Source: Spirochaetales bacterium
GTDB taxonomy: Bacteria > Spirochaetota > Spirochaetia > DSM-27196 > SLST01
Length of the DNA stretch: 64,000 bases
NCBI GenBank assembly: GCA_007127335.1
Contig: SKZO01000010.1
Span: 35,370 to 99,369 of the forward strand
Direction: 5' to 3'
The notes under the pieces are model-generated. The model was not told the origin of the DNA and ran no database searches. It saw only the letters and a list, made by a program, of their open reading frames with translations. The translations under genes were made by a program, and so were the position numbers. This document shows, in pieces, positions 1-7,850 of the stretch. The number at the start of each line of letters is the position of its first letter. Positions within the stretch are counted from its first letter, which is position 1.

Positions 1-204
1 AGCTTCCTGCTCGGTCGGGACGATAATCAACACAGGGAACCGCGTTCGTTCGGTTGCCTGGTGAGCCAGGAAGGCGAGATACGCGCCCCGCGGTCCGGGC
101 ACCGTGAAGGGAAACGGCCCGGAGCGGACACGATCCAGAAACTCCCTCCAGGGGCGGTACCCCTTGAGGGCCTTGCTGAGCTTTTCGTTGAGTGGCAAGC
201 TCAT
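1..204 (-). CDS. 5' end (68 codons) of a gene running off the left edge; possibly transcription-repair coupling factor (Mfd)-like
   Basis: The minus frame is open from ATG (204..202) to base 1. My translation is MSLPLNEKLSKALKGYRPWREFLDRVRSGPFPFTVPGPRGAYLAFLAHQATERTRFPVLIIVPTEQEA. The pattern G..GA..A.L......P.L.I.P....A resembles Mfd N-termini. Only 68 aa are visible. Confidence 0.35.
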   Translation of the reverse strand, partial: MSLPLNEKLSKALKGYRPWREFLDRVRSGPFPFTVPGPRGAYLAFLAHQATERTRFPVLIIVPTEQEA

Positions 205-233
205 GGCGACTCCTGAATGCGGGGAGGACGGTG

Positions 234-1178
234 GTGAAACGAATGAGACAGGCGGTTTCTCTCGTGGTTCTGACATGGCTCGCGCACGGGGCTCTCTTTG
301 CTCAACCGGTGTCGCTGTCCATCGCCTACGAGGACAAGGCAATTTATGTGCCCGGCAGCGACGTCTTCATCTCGTTCACCATCAGAAACGAATCGGACCG
401 CACATTCCGTTTCAGACTGGCGGAGAACCGGATGTTCAGTGTGGATCTGGAGGTTCGAACCTTGACGAATCAGGCACTACCCCCCGCGCGGCAATTTACA
501 ACACAGCGTACATCCAATCAACAGCTCTACTTCCGGGATGTAGCCCTGGAACCGGGAGAGGCGTTCTCGTTCACCGAGAATCTGCGCCACTACGTTGATC
601 TCAGCGAAACCGGCGTCTTCGTCGTGAGAGGACGTCTCCACCGCGAGCTCGTAGGAGGAGACGAGGTTCTCGAGGCGAAGAACACGCTCAGCCTCACGAT
701 CCAGCCTGACCTGCGGCGCGAGGAACTGGTCCGGGTACGGATCGACCAGGAGACCGGTCGGATACTCGAGCGTGCGGCGCTTCCGCCGGACGAAGTCGTC
801 GAGTACATGCTGACCGGCCTGCAACAAGGATCGTGGAACAGGTTTTCACTCTATCTCGACCTCGAAGGGCTGTTGCTCTCAGATCCGGTTCGTTCGCGGG
901 CGTACCGACGCATGAGCCAGCCCGAGCAGCGCGAGCGCCTCACGCTCTATGCCGAGGAACTCGAGGAGCGGTTGGCCGACCCGCAACTGTCCGCCGTGCC
1001 GACCGACTTCCGAATGGTCCGCACTACATACGATCCTCATGAGGCGACAGTCATCATGGATCTGCGCTTCGAGTATCCCCGTTTCACCGAGGTGAAACGG
1101 TACACCTACTTCCTTCGCAGGACCGACACGATATGGTACATTCATGACTACGCGGTGACGAACCTGACGACGGAGTAG
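234..1178 (+). CDS. secreted hypothetical protein (signal peptide, beta-rich N-domain, NTF2-like C-terminal part by impression)
   Basis: This is track ORF 192..1178. GGGGAGG at 221-227 precedes GTG 234, and ATG 243 is an alternative start. The N-terminus KRMRQAVSLVVLTWLAHGALFAQ looks like a signal peptide. I recognise no family. Confidence 0.6.
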   Translation: MKRMRQAVSLVVLTWLAHGALFAQPVSLSIAYEDKAIYVPGSDVFISFTIRNESDRTFRFRLAENRMFSVDLEVRTLTNQALPPARQFTTQRTSNQQLYFRDVALEPGEAFSFTENLRHYVDLSETGVFVVRGRLHRELVGGDEVLEAKNTLSLTIQPDLRREELVRVRIDQETGRILERAALPPDEVVEYMLTGLQQGSWNRFSLYLDLEGLLLSDPVRSRAYRRMSQPEQRERLTLYAEELEERLADPQLSAVPTDFRMVRTTYDPHEATVIMDLRFEYPRFTEVKRYTYFLRRTDTIWYIHDYAVTNLTTE

Positions 1179-1183
1179 CGGCA

Positions 1184-1942
1184 GTGAAGATTCTCCTGGT
1201 ATCCGAACGGGACGAGCTCAAGGGCCACATTCGCAGGAACTTCATGCCTCGTGGTGCTGAGATCATCCAGTACTACAATCCGATCAAGGCGATGGACAAC
1301 CTCGACGAGGTCGAGCCGGACGTGGTGCTCTTCAGTGCGCTCGACTTTCCTCGTCACTGGAAGCCGTTTCTCGTCTTTCTTCGCGATTCACGTGCCCGCG
1401 AGCAGTGCGTCTTCGTCGTTCTGACCGGTGACGAGTTCGATCACGAAGAGGCCGACAAGGCACAGGCACTGCAGGTGAACGGCATCGTGCACGAGGATCT
1501 GCAGGATCAACGAGAGCTTGCACGGCTCAAGGAGCTCGTCAACCGGTACCGGGACATAGGAGACTCGAGAACCGAGCGTCGGCTTGTCCCAACCGAAGTC
1601 GACCAGGTTGGCTTCGTGTTTACCCATCCGTCGCGACTCGAACTGATCTGCGGCGGCATTGAGGATCTATCGGCCGCCGGAGTCTCGTTTGTCCCGTCCG
1701 ACCGGCGCAAGACGATGGATCTGCAGGTGAGCTCCCGGATCGACGTCTGCTCGCTGCGTGTTGGTGAGCACATTCTCGCCTTTCCGGCGAGCATCGTCAG
1801 AAACGAGCGCAGCGTCAGCCTCTCCTTTGACCGGCTCACCGACGGAGCCCGATCGCTCATCCGCACATACGTGGACGGACATGCCGAGCGAGAGCTGCAT
1901 CGCCTCGCATCAGAAGTACCGGCAGCTCTGGAGGAGATCTGA
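1184..1942 (+). CDS. degenerate receiver (REC-like) domain fused to a PilZ c-di-GMP-binding domain
   Basis: The N-terminus MKILLVSE...PDVVLFSALDFP has a CheY-like layout, but Ala sits where the phospho-acceptor Asp is expected. The C-terminal half carries the PilZ motifs RTERR (RxxxR, 1568..1582) and DLSAAG (DxSxxG, 1664..1681). It starts 5 nt after the preceding gene. Confidence 0.7.
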   Translation: MKILLVSERDELKGHIRRNFMPRGAEIIQYYNPIKAMDNLDEVEPDVVLFSALDFPRHWKPFLVFLRDSRAREQCVFVVLTGDEFDHEEADKAQALQVNGIVHEDLQDQRELARLKELVNRYRDIGDSRTERRLVPTEVDQVGFVFTHPSRLELICGGIEDLSAAGVSFVPSDRRKTMDLQVSSRIDVCSLRVGEHILAFPASIVRNERSVSLSFDRLTDGARSLIRTYVDGHAERELHRLASEVPAALEEI

Positions 1943-1992
1943 GCGAACAAAGGCCGACCGCTGAACCCCGTTTTCTGCGTACAAGCGGCGAG

Positions 1993-2970
1993 ATGGTTGC
2001 CTGTACGCTCTGTCCGCATCTGTGCCGCATTCCTCCTTCGGAGGTCGGGATCTGCAAGGTGCGAGCGAACGTCGACGGACGAGCGGCCCTGCCCCATTAC
2101 GCCAAGGTCTCCGGTCTGAACGTCGATCCGATCGAGAAGAAGCCGCTCTACCACGTGCATCCCGGAGCGAGGCTTCTGAGCGTCGGATTTCTTGGCTGCA
2201 ACTTCCGATGCCCCTTCTGCCAGAACTACGCAATCTCGCAGTCTACGCTCGCACAGACGCGCACGCTCCATCCTCACGATCTTCCCGGGCTCGTTACCCA
2301 GGCCGGTGCTCAGGGAGTCGCCTACACGTACAACGAACCGACGATCCACTGGGAATATGTCATGGAAGCCGCAGATCGCGTCCATGATGCAGGGCTCGGG
2401 AACGTCCTGGTCACGAACGGCCATCTGAACCCGCATCCCGCGCGAGAGCTGCTGACGAAGATGGAGGGCGTGAACGTCGATCTCAAGAGTTTTTCGCCCG
2501 GGTTCTACGAGCAGGAGCTTGGGGGCTCACTCGATGCGGTCAGGCAGTTCATCGCGCTGGCAGCCGAACGCACGCACCTTGAGGTCACCACGCTGCTCAT
2601 CCCCGGGAGGAACGATTCCGATGAGGAGGTCTCGGCGATCGCCTCCTTCGTCGCCGGATTCGACTCGTCCATCCCGCTGCACCTCTCTGCCTACCACCCC
2701 ACCTATCGCTACGAGGTTGAAGCGACGACGATGCAGACCGTCCATCGGGCCCGGGACATCGCGTCGCAGCATCTTCGCTACGTGTACACGGGGAACATCG
2801 CCGACGAGGGTGAAACGCGCTGCGCCGGATGCGACGCGACGCTCGTCCGCAGGCGTGGCTACTCGGTCGATCGCGCCGGCCTGCGCGGACACACCTGTGC
2901 ATCATGCGGCGCCCGTGCGCCCTTTCTCTGGTTTGGCGAGTCGGGACGCGACAGGAGTGGACGGGCTTGA
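1993..2970 (+). CDS. amrS: AmmeMemoRadiSam-system-type radical SAM enzyme (pyruvate formate-lyase activase-like)
   Basis: It has the radical SAM motif GCNFRCPFCQNY (CxxxCxxC). An N-terminal Cys cluster CTLCPHLC...GIC and the segment LNVDPIEKKPLYH are typical of the AmrS family. A C-terminal CxxC...CxxC ribbon is also present. Confidence 0.8.
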   Translation: MVACTLCPHLCRIPPSEVGICKVRANVDGRAALPHYAKVSGLNVDPIEKKPLYHVHPGARLLSVGFLGCNFRCPFCQNYAISQSTLAQTRTLHPHDLPGLVTQAGAQGVAYTYNEPTIHWEYVMEAADRVHDAGLGNVLVTNGHLNPHPARELLTKMEGVNVDLKSFSPGFYEQELGGSLDAVRQFIALAAERTHLEVTTLLIPGRNDSDEEVSAIASFVAGFDSSIPLHLSAYHPTYRYEVEATTMQTVHRARDIASQHLRYVYTGNIADEGETRCAGCDATLVRRRGYSVDRAGLRGHTCASCGARAPFLWFGESGRDRSGRA

Positions 2971-3010
2971 CAACCGCCGCCCCGGTAGCTATCTTGTGCT
3001 GGCATTTCAA

Positions 3011-3083
3011 TCCCCTGTAGCTCAGTTGGTAGAGCGGGTGGCTGTTAACCACTAGGTCCTTGGTTCGAGTCCAAGCGGGGGAG
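3011..3083 (+). tRNA. tRNA-Asn (anticodon GTT)
   Basis: The cloverleaf was read by hand. The acceptor stem TCCCCTG pairs with CGGGGGA, with one G-U pair. The D arm is GCTC-AGTTGGTA-GAGC, the anticodon loop is CTGTTAA with GTT at 3044..3046, and the T arm is CTTGG-TTCGAGT-CCAAG. The discriminator is G3083 and no CCA is encoded. Confidence 0.95.
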
Positions 3084-3095
3084 CTTCGAGCGAGC

Positions 3096-3127
3096 GGCGG
3101 TTCCAGCTTCGGGACTGCCTTTTTTTT
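3096..3127 (+). terminator. rho-independent terminator downstream of tRNA-Asn
   Basis: A 9-bp stem pairs GGCGGTTCC (3096-3104) with GGGACTGCC (3111-3119), including two G-U pairs. The loop is AGCTTC and a T8 run follows at 3120-3127. Confidence 0.75.
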
Positions 3128-3182
3128 GCGGCGGGTGGCGGTCCGCGAGAGGGGCCTTCACCTTGAGGAAGCGTTCCTGCCC

Positions 3183-3740
3183 ATGAGTGTATATCGCCTT
3201 CAGATGCGAACCTTGCCCAATGGTGCCGTACGACTCGGTCTTGGGTGGGGCTGGCGGTTCTTCTTCATTGGAGTGACCGCGGCGATCGTGTCCGTGCTCG
3301 TGCAGGAGCAGCGTATAGTCGGGCTGTTGCCTGCAATTGGGCTCATCACGCTCTTTGCAGCGATGTACCGGGAGACGTGGCTGTTCGACCCGGCGAACGA
3401 TCTCGTGGAGAGCCGGATCGGGATTTGCTTCGTTACGAAGGTCCGGCGTTACCGGCTTTCGCGGGTGCGGAGTGTACGCGTGCGCACGCGTGCACAGGTC
3501 GACCCGGACCAGGAGTCCGAACGGCGAGGCCGACGGCCGGTGCGCAGACCGCAGATTCCTCTTGCCATTCAGCGCGGATACGTTCAGCTCATCCTCGAAC
3601 TCGCCGGCGACCAGGATGCTGACGAGCTCTACCCGGTACTCGTCCAGACGGAGTCTGTGAGACACCGCGGACGCGTCTTCGCGCTGGCCCGCGGGATCGG
3701 GTCGGCGCTCGATATCCCGGTTACGACCCGCTTCGGGTAG
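3183..3740 (+). CDS. hypothetical membrane protein (two N-terminal TM helices, basic C-terminal domain)
   Basis: Track ORF 3060..3740 overlaps the tRNA. The first start clear of the tRNA and terminator is ATG 3183. Hydrophobic helices are WRFFFIGVTAAIVSVLV and VGLLPAIGLITLFAAM. Confidence 0.55.
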   Translation: MSVYRLQMRTLPNGAVRLGLGWGWRFFFIGVTAAIVSVLVQEQRIVGLLPAIGLITLFAAMYRETWLFDPANDLVESRIGICFVTKVRRYRLSRVRSVRVRTRAQVDPDQESERRGRRPVRRPQIPLAIQRGYVQLILELAGDQDADELYPVLVQTESVRHRGRVFALARGIGSALDIPVTTRFG

Positions 3741-3771
3741 TCTGCTCTGCCGGCCCCGTGGGGCCGCGGAA

Positions 3772-4791
3772 CTACTCCTCGGCGACCGGGTCTGCCTGGT
3801 CGTGTACGAGATAGCAGGCCGTGTAGTGTTCCTCCTCCGTGGAGATCAGAGCGGGCGGCGCTTCGCGGCACTTGTCCATCACGTACGGACAGCGTCCGGA
3901 GAAGATGCATCCCTTCGGCGGGTTCACCGGGCTGGGAACATCGCCCTCGAGTATGAGCCTCTCGCGCTTCGCGTTGACCTTCGGGATCGGTATGGCCGAC
4001 AGCAGTGCCTGCGTGTACGGATGGCGGGGTCGCGTGAAGATGTTGTGGTACGTAGTGATCTCTACGATCTTTCCGAGGTACATCACGGCGACCCGGTCAC
4101 TGAGATGCCGCACTACGCTCAGGTCGTGGGAGATGAAGACATACGTGAGGTGCAGCCGATCCTGCAGATCCTGGATCAGGTTGAGGATCTGGGCCTGGAT
4201 CGACACGTCGAGCGCCGACACCGGCTCATCGCAGACGACGAACTTGGGATCGAGAGCGAGGGCTCGGGCGACTCCTACTCGTTGACGTCTTCCACCGTCG
4301 AGCTCATGGGGGAAACTGTTCGTCAGTTTCGTGCTGAGCCCCACGAGAGACATGAGGTTCTGTACCCGCTCGAACCGCTCCGCTTTGCTGTAGAGGCTGA
4401 AGATCTCGTACGGCTCGCCGATGATCTCAGATATGCTGAGCCGCGGATCAAGAGAGGCGAAAGGATCCTGGAAGATGATCTGCGCATCCCTGCGGAACGC
4501 ACGCACACGATCTCTCTTGAAGGTCGTGATGTTCTCGCCCTCGAAGATCACCTCGCCGGCGGTCGGTTCGACGAGACGCAGCAGCGCCCGCCCGGCGGTG
4601 GATTTTCCGCACCCGCTCTCACCCACGATACCCAGCGTTTCGCCGCGCCTGACGCTGAACGAAATGTCGTTTACCGCCTTGAGCGAACCCTGCTTGGTGT
4701 TGAAGAACTTCTTCAGGTTCCGTACTTCGAGCAGAGGGTCCTGCTTTTCTTCGCGCTTCACCCCGCCTGCTGCGGTATCATTCGGCTGCAT
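3772..4791 (-). CDS. peptide (Opp/Dpp-type) ABC transporter ATP-binding protein, OppF-like
   Basis: It has Walker A GESGCGKST, the signature region ELDGGRRQRV and a C-terminal oligopeptide-ATPase extension with Cys residues. It is the last gene of a 5-gene minus-strand operon. Confidence 0.9.
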   Translation of the reverse strand: MQPNDTAAGGVKREEKQDPLLEVRNLKKFFNTKQGSLKAVNDISFSVRRGETLGIVGESGCGKSTAGRALLRLVEPTAGEVIFEGENITTFKRDRVRAFRRDAQIIFQDPFASLDPRLSISEIIGEPYEIFSLYSKAERFERVQNLMSLVGLSTKLTNSFPHELDGGRRQRVGVARALALDPKFVVCDEPVSALDVSIQAQILNLIQDLQDRLHLTYVFISHDLSVVRHLSDRVAVMYLGKIVEITTYHNIFTRPRHPYTQALLSAIPIPKVNAKRERLILEGDVPSPVNPPKGCIFSGRCPYVMDKCREAPPALISTEEEHYTACYLVHDQADPVAEE

Positions 4792-4794
4792 CGA

Positions 4795-5799
4795 TCAATC
4801 TTCCTTCTCGCCGATCCGTGCCTCCGGCACGAGGCCCTCGTAGATCATACAGTCCACCTCATGTCCCTCCTCCACGGCAACCATCACCGGCGTCCGCTCG
4901 GCACAGATACCGGTCGCCGCCGGGCAGCGGGGGTGAAACCGACAGCCTGTCGGCAACTCCGTGGGATCGGGCATGATGCCCTTGATGGGACTCAGTCGTG
5001 GCACATCCTCGTCAAGACTGGGAATCGACCCGAAGAGGCCGCGCGTATACGGGTGCCGCGGATTCGTGAACAGCCGTTCGGTGTCGGCCGTCTCAACGGC
5101 CGCGCCCGCATACATGATGGCCACCGAATCGCACGCTTCCGCCACGACACCGAGATCATGCGTAATCAGGAGCATCGACGTGCCGAACTCCGACCGCAAC
5201 CGTCGCATGAGCTCAAGAACCTGTGCCTGTATCGTGACGTCGAGAGCAGTGGTCGGCTCGTCGGCGATCAGCAGCTCCGGGTTGCACGAGAGCGCCATCG
5301 CGATTCCGACCCGCTGTCGCATGCCTCCGGAAAACTCATGAGGATAGTCCCCGGCCCGCCCCTCCGGAATGCCGACGAGCTTGAGCATATCCCGCGCCTT
5401 ACGGCCGGCCTGCCTCTGCGAAAGCCGCTGGTGCAGCATGATCGCTTCCTCGATCTGGAACCCGACGGTCAGAACGGGGTTGAGCGAAGTCATCGGATCC
5501 TGGAAGATCATCGATATCCGGTTGCCTCGGACGTTACGGATGTCTTCCAGTCGCTTCCTGCGCAGGTCCTCGCCGTCGAAGAATATCTCGCCCGTCTCGA
5601 TCCGGCCCGGCGGGCTCGGGACGAGTTGCATGATCGACAGCGCGGTCGTTGTCTTCCCGGCTCCCGTCTCGCCGACGAGTCCGAGCGTCTCTCCACGGCG
5701 CAGCTGGAGGTTGAGGTCGTCAACCGCGACGACAAGGCCTTCCTCCGTGGTGTAGGTGACCCGCAGGTCTCTGATGTCAAGCAGTACGTCGTTCATCAT
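4795..5799 (-). CDS. peptide ABC transporter ATP-binding protein, OppD-like
   Basis: It has Walker A GETGAGKTT, FSGGMRQRV, Walker B LLIADEPTTALD and the C-terminal motif RHPYTRGL. Its stop lies 3 nt upstream of the OppF-like start. Confidence 0.9.
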   Translation of the reverse strand: MMNDVLLDIRDLRVTYTTEEGLVVAVDDLNLQLRRGETLGLVGETGAGKTTTALSIMQLVPSPPGRIETGEIFFDGEDLRRKRLEDIRNVRGNRISMIFQDPMTSLNPVLTVGFQIEEAIMLHQRLSQRQAGRKARDMLKLVGIPEGRAGDYPHEFSGGMRQRVGIAMALSCNPELLIADEPTTALDVTIQAQVLELMRRLRSEFGTSMLLITHDLGVVAEACDSVAIMYAGAAVETADTERLFTNPRHPYTRGLFGSIPSLDEDVPRLSPIKGIMPDPTELPTGCRFHPRCPAATGICAERTPVMVAVEEGHEVDCMIYEGLVPEARIGEKED

Positions 5800-5812
5800 C
5801 TACTCGAGTGGC

Positions 5813-6778
5813 CTACTGTTTGAGGCGTGGGTCCAGCGCGTCCCGCAGCCCATCGCCAAGGAGGTTCAGTGCAAAAATCGTGATCATGATCGCGATTCCG
5901 GGAAACGTTGCCACGTGGGGGGCGCGTCGGATCAAATGGCGTCCCGAGGAGAGCATTGCCCCCCATTCGGGGGTGGGAGGCTCGATGCCGAGCCCGATGA
6001 AACTCAACCCCGCGGCAGAGAGGATTGCGATAGCCACGCCAAGGGTTCCCTGGACGATTATAGGAGCCATAGAGTTGGGAAGGATGTGTTTGAGGATGAT
6101 CCTCAGATCGGTGGCGCCGATTGCGCGCGCCGCCTCGATGAACTCCTGTTCCTTGATCGAAATCACCGAAGCTTTCACGATCCGTGCATATACCGGGATC
6201 GTTGCGATCCCTACAGCGATCATGACATTGCCAAGACCGCCTCCAAAGGCAGAGACGATCGCGATGGCGAGGAGGATGGAAGGGATCGCCAGCAGGACAT
6301 CCATGAACCTCATCACGACGTTGTCCAGGTGCCCCCCATAGTACCCGGCGAGGGCGCCCAGGGTGCCTCCGACGATGAGCGAGATGCTGACGGCAACAAA
6401 CCCCACCTGCAGCGAAACGCGCGCGCCGTGGATGATGCGTGAGAGAATGTCTCGTCCAAGATCGTCGGTACCCAGGAGGTGCTCACGACTGGGGGGATCG
6501 GCGACGCGCAGCAGATTCTGCTCCCGGTAGTCGTACGGTGCAATGATGTCTGCGAAAATCGCAGTGAAGACGATGACGAGAATGATCGCAAGTCCGAACA
6601 TCGCCATCCAGTTGCGTCGCAGCCTTCGCCAGACCTCGGCCCACTGGGTGCGCCTCCGTTTGGGTCGGCTGCCGGTCACCGCCGGAACCGCAGACGTGAG
6701 CCCGGCCTCGGTGTCGTCGAGCCCTTCCTGTTTCTCGTCAATCTCCGCGATCACCACATTGTCGGAACCGGTCCTCAT
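5813..6778 (-). CDS. peptide ABC transporter permease, OppC/DppC-like
   Basis: It is a multi-TM protein with the segments DILSRIIHGARVSLQVG and FIEAARAIGATDLRII, the EAA loop typical of binding-protein-dependent permeases. Confidence 0.9.
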   Translation of the reverse strand: MRTGSDNVVIAEIDEKQEGLDDTEAGLTSAVPAVTGSRPKRRRTQWAEVWRRLRRNWMAMFGLAIILVIVFTAIFADIIAPYDYREQNLLRVADPPSREHLLGTDDLGRDILSRIIHGARVSLQVGFVAVSISLIVGGTLGALAGYYGGHLDNVVMRFMDVLLAIPSILLAIAIVSAFGGGLGNVMIAVGIATIPVYARIVKASVISIKEQEFIEAARAIGATDLRIILKHILPNSMAPIIVQGTLGVAIAILSAAGLSFIGLGIEPPTPEWGAMLSSGRHLIRRAPHVATFPGIAIMITIFALNLLGDGLRDALDPRLKQ

Positions 6779-6789
6779 ACCAAACCTCG

Positions 6790-7716
6790 CTACTTGTACT
6801 GCGCCTTGATGCGTGGGTCTATATAGGCGTACAGCACGTCGACCAGCAGGTTGACCACGCTGAAGGTCAATGCAAGCATCAGAACCCCACCCTGTACGAC
6901 CGGATAGTCACGTTGGCGGATCGCATCGACCATGAGTCGCCCGACGCCGGGCCACGAGAAGATGGTCTCGGTGAGAACCGCACCACCAAGCAGATAGCCG
7001 AACTGGAGACCGATGACGGTCACGATTGGTATCAGCGCGTTCTTCAGCGCATGCCGGGTAATGACCACGCGTTCGCTCAATCCTTTTGCGCGAGCCGTGC
7101 GGATGTAGTCCTGCCTGACGACCTCGAGCATACTCGAGCGGGTCATACGGGTGATGGTCGCCGCAGAGCTCGTTCCAATCGTCAACGAAGGCATGATCAG
7201 ATGGGCGAAGGTCCCATATCCGCTCGACGGAAACCATCGCAGCACGATAGAGAACAGCAGCACCATCATGATTCCCTGCCAGAAGTTCGGCATCGACACG
7301 CCTATGAGAGCGAGAACCATCGATGCGCCGTCGAAGACGGAGTACTGCCGCGTCGCCGAGACGATTCCTATAGGGATCCCGATGAGCACGGCGACAAGAA
7401 CCCCCATCGCCGCGAGCTGCATCGTGGCAGGGAAGCGCGCGAAGAGCTCGAGAGCCGCCGGGCGCCGCGTCGTGAGCGAACGCCCAAGGTCACCGCGGAG
7501 CGCGTTGAAGATGAATCGCCCGTACTGGACGAAGAAGGGATCGTCGAGCCCCATCTGCGTTCGCAGGGCCTGAACCTCGGCTTCCGGCGCACGCTCACCG
7601 AGCAGGATCTTGGCCGGATCGCCGGGGGTGAAGAACATGATCGTGAAGACCAGGAACGACACTCCCAGCATCACGGGAATGAGGAGCAGCAAGCGACGGA
7701 AAATGTACCTGTGCAT
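6790..7716 (-). CDS. peptide ABC transporter permease, OppB/DppB-like
   Basis: The start is refined to ATG 7716 (MHRYIFRRLLLLIPVML, the canonical OppB N-terminus). The EAA loop is YIRTARAKGLSERVVITRHALKNA. Confidence 0.9.
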   Translation of the reverse strand: MHRYIFRRLLLLIPVMLGVSFLVFTIMFFTPGDPAKILLGERAPEAEVQALRTQMGLDDPFFVQYGRFIFNALRGDLGRSLTTRRPAALELFARFPATMQLAAMGVLVAVLIGIPIGIVSATRQYSVFDGASMVLALIGVSMPNFWQGIMMVLLFSIVLRWFPSSGYGTFAHLIMPSLTIGTSSAATITRMTRSSMLEVVRQDYIRTARAKGLSERVVITRHALKNALIPIVTVIGLQFGYLLGGAVLTETIFSWPGVGRLMVDAIRQRDYPVVQGGVLMLALTFSVVNLLVDVLYAYIDPRIKAQYK

Positions 7717-7798
7717 GCGGTATACCTTCGATTGGGTGATGTACCAGAGCATACGTGATCGGTGTCAGGTCGATCCACGCATCCTGTCGTACATCAAT

Positions 7799-7830
7799 GC
7801 CACCACCGGGCCCGAAGGTCCGGTGGTGGC
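7799..7830 (-). promoter_or_regulatory. intercistronic RNA stem-loop between the binding-protein gene and the first permease gene
   Basis: The minus-strand RNA is GCCACCACCGG-A-CC-UUCG-GG-C-CCGGUGGUGGC. It forms an 11-bp perfect stem, an A/C mismatch, 2 more GC pairs and a C(UUCG)G tetraloop. No U-tract follows it. Confidence 0.6.
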
Positions 7831-7850
7831 TGGTGTCAATTCCTGATCTC

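Noticed and set aside
2519-3055. ORFs 2519..3055 (+), 2597..3052 (-) and 3060..3182 (+) that cover or abut the tRNA.
   Set aside because: They overlap the tRNA-Asn gene or the radical SAM gene in other frames and have Arg/Pro/Ser-rich translations. The hypothetical membrane protein was re-started at 3183, clear of the tRNA and its terminator.
3011-3740. tRNA-Asn as a possible genomic-island integration site.
   Set aside because: There is no integrase, no direct repeat of the tRNA 3' end that I could find downstream, and no compositional shift. The neighbouring genes look like ordinary chromosome.
3751-3766. The GC hairpin CGGCCCC-GT-GGGGCCG between the convergent hypothetical gene and oppF, considered as a bidirectional terminator.
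   Set aside because: Only about 6 bp can pair once a viable loop is allowed, and neither strand has a U-tract. The evidence is too weak to annotate.
3802-5823. A 673-aa plus-strand ORF spanning two genes' worth of sequence.
   Set aside because: It is exactly antisense to the OppF-like and OppD-like ABC ATPase genes, which have unmistakable Walker and signature motifs. Its translation is Arg/Asp/His-rich, low-complexity and without motifs. It is a typical high-GC shadow ORF.
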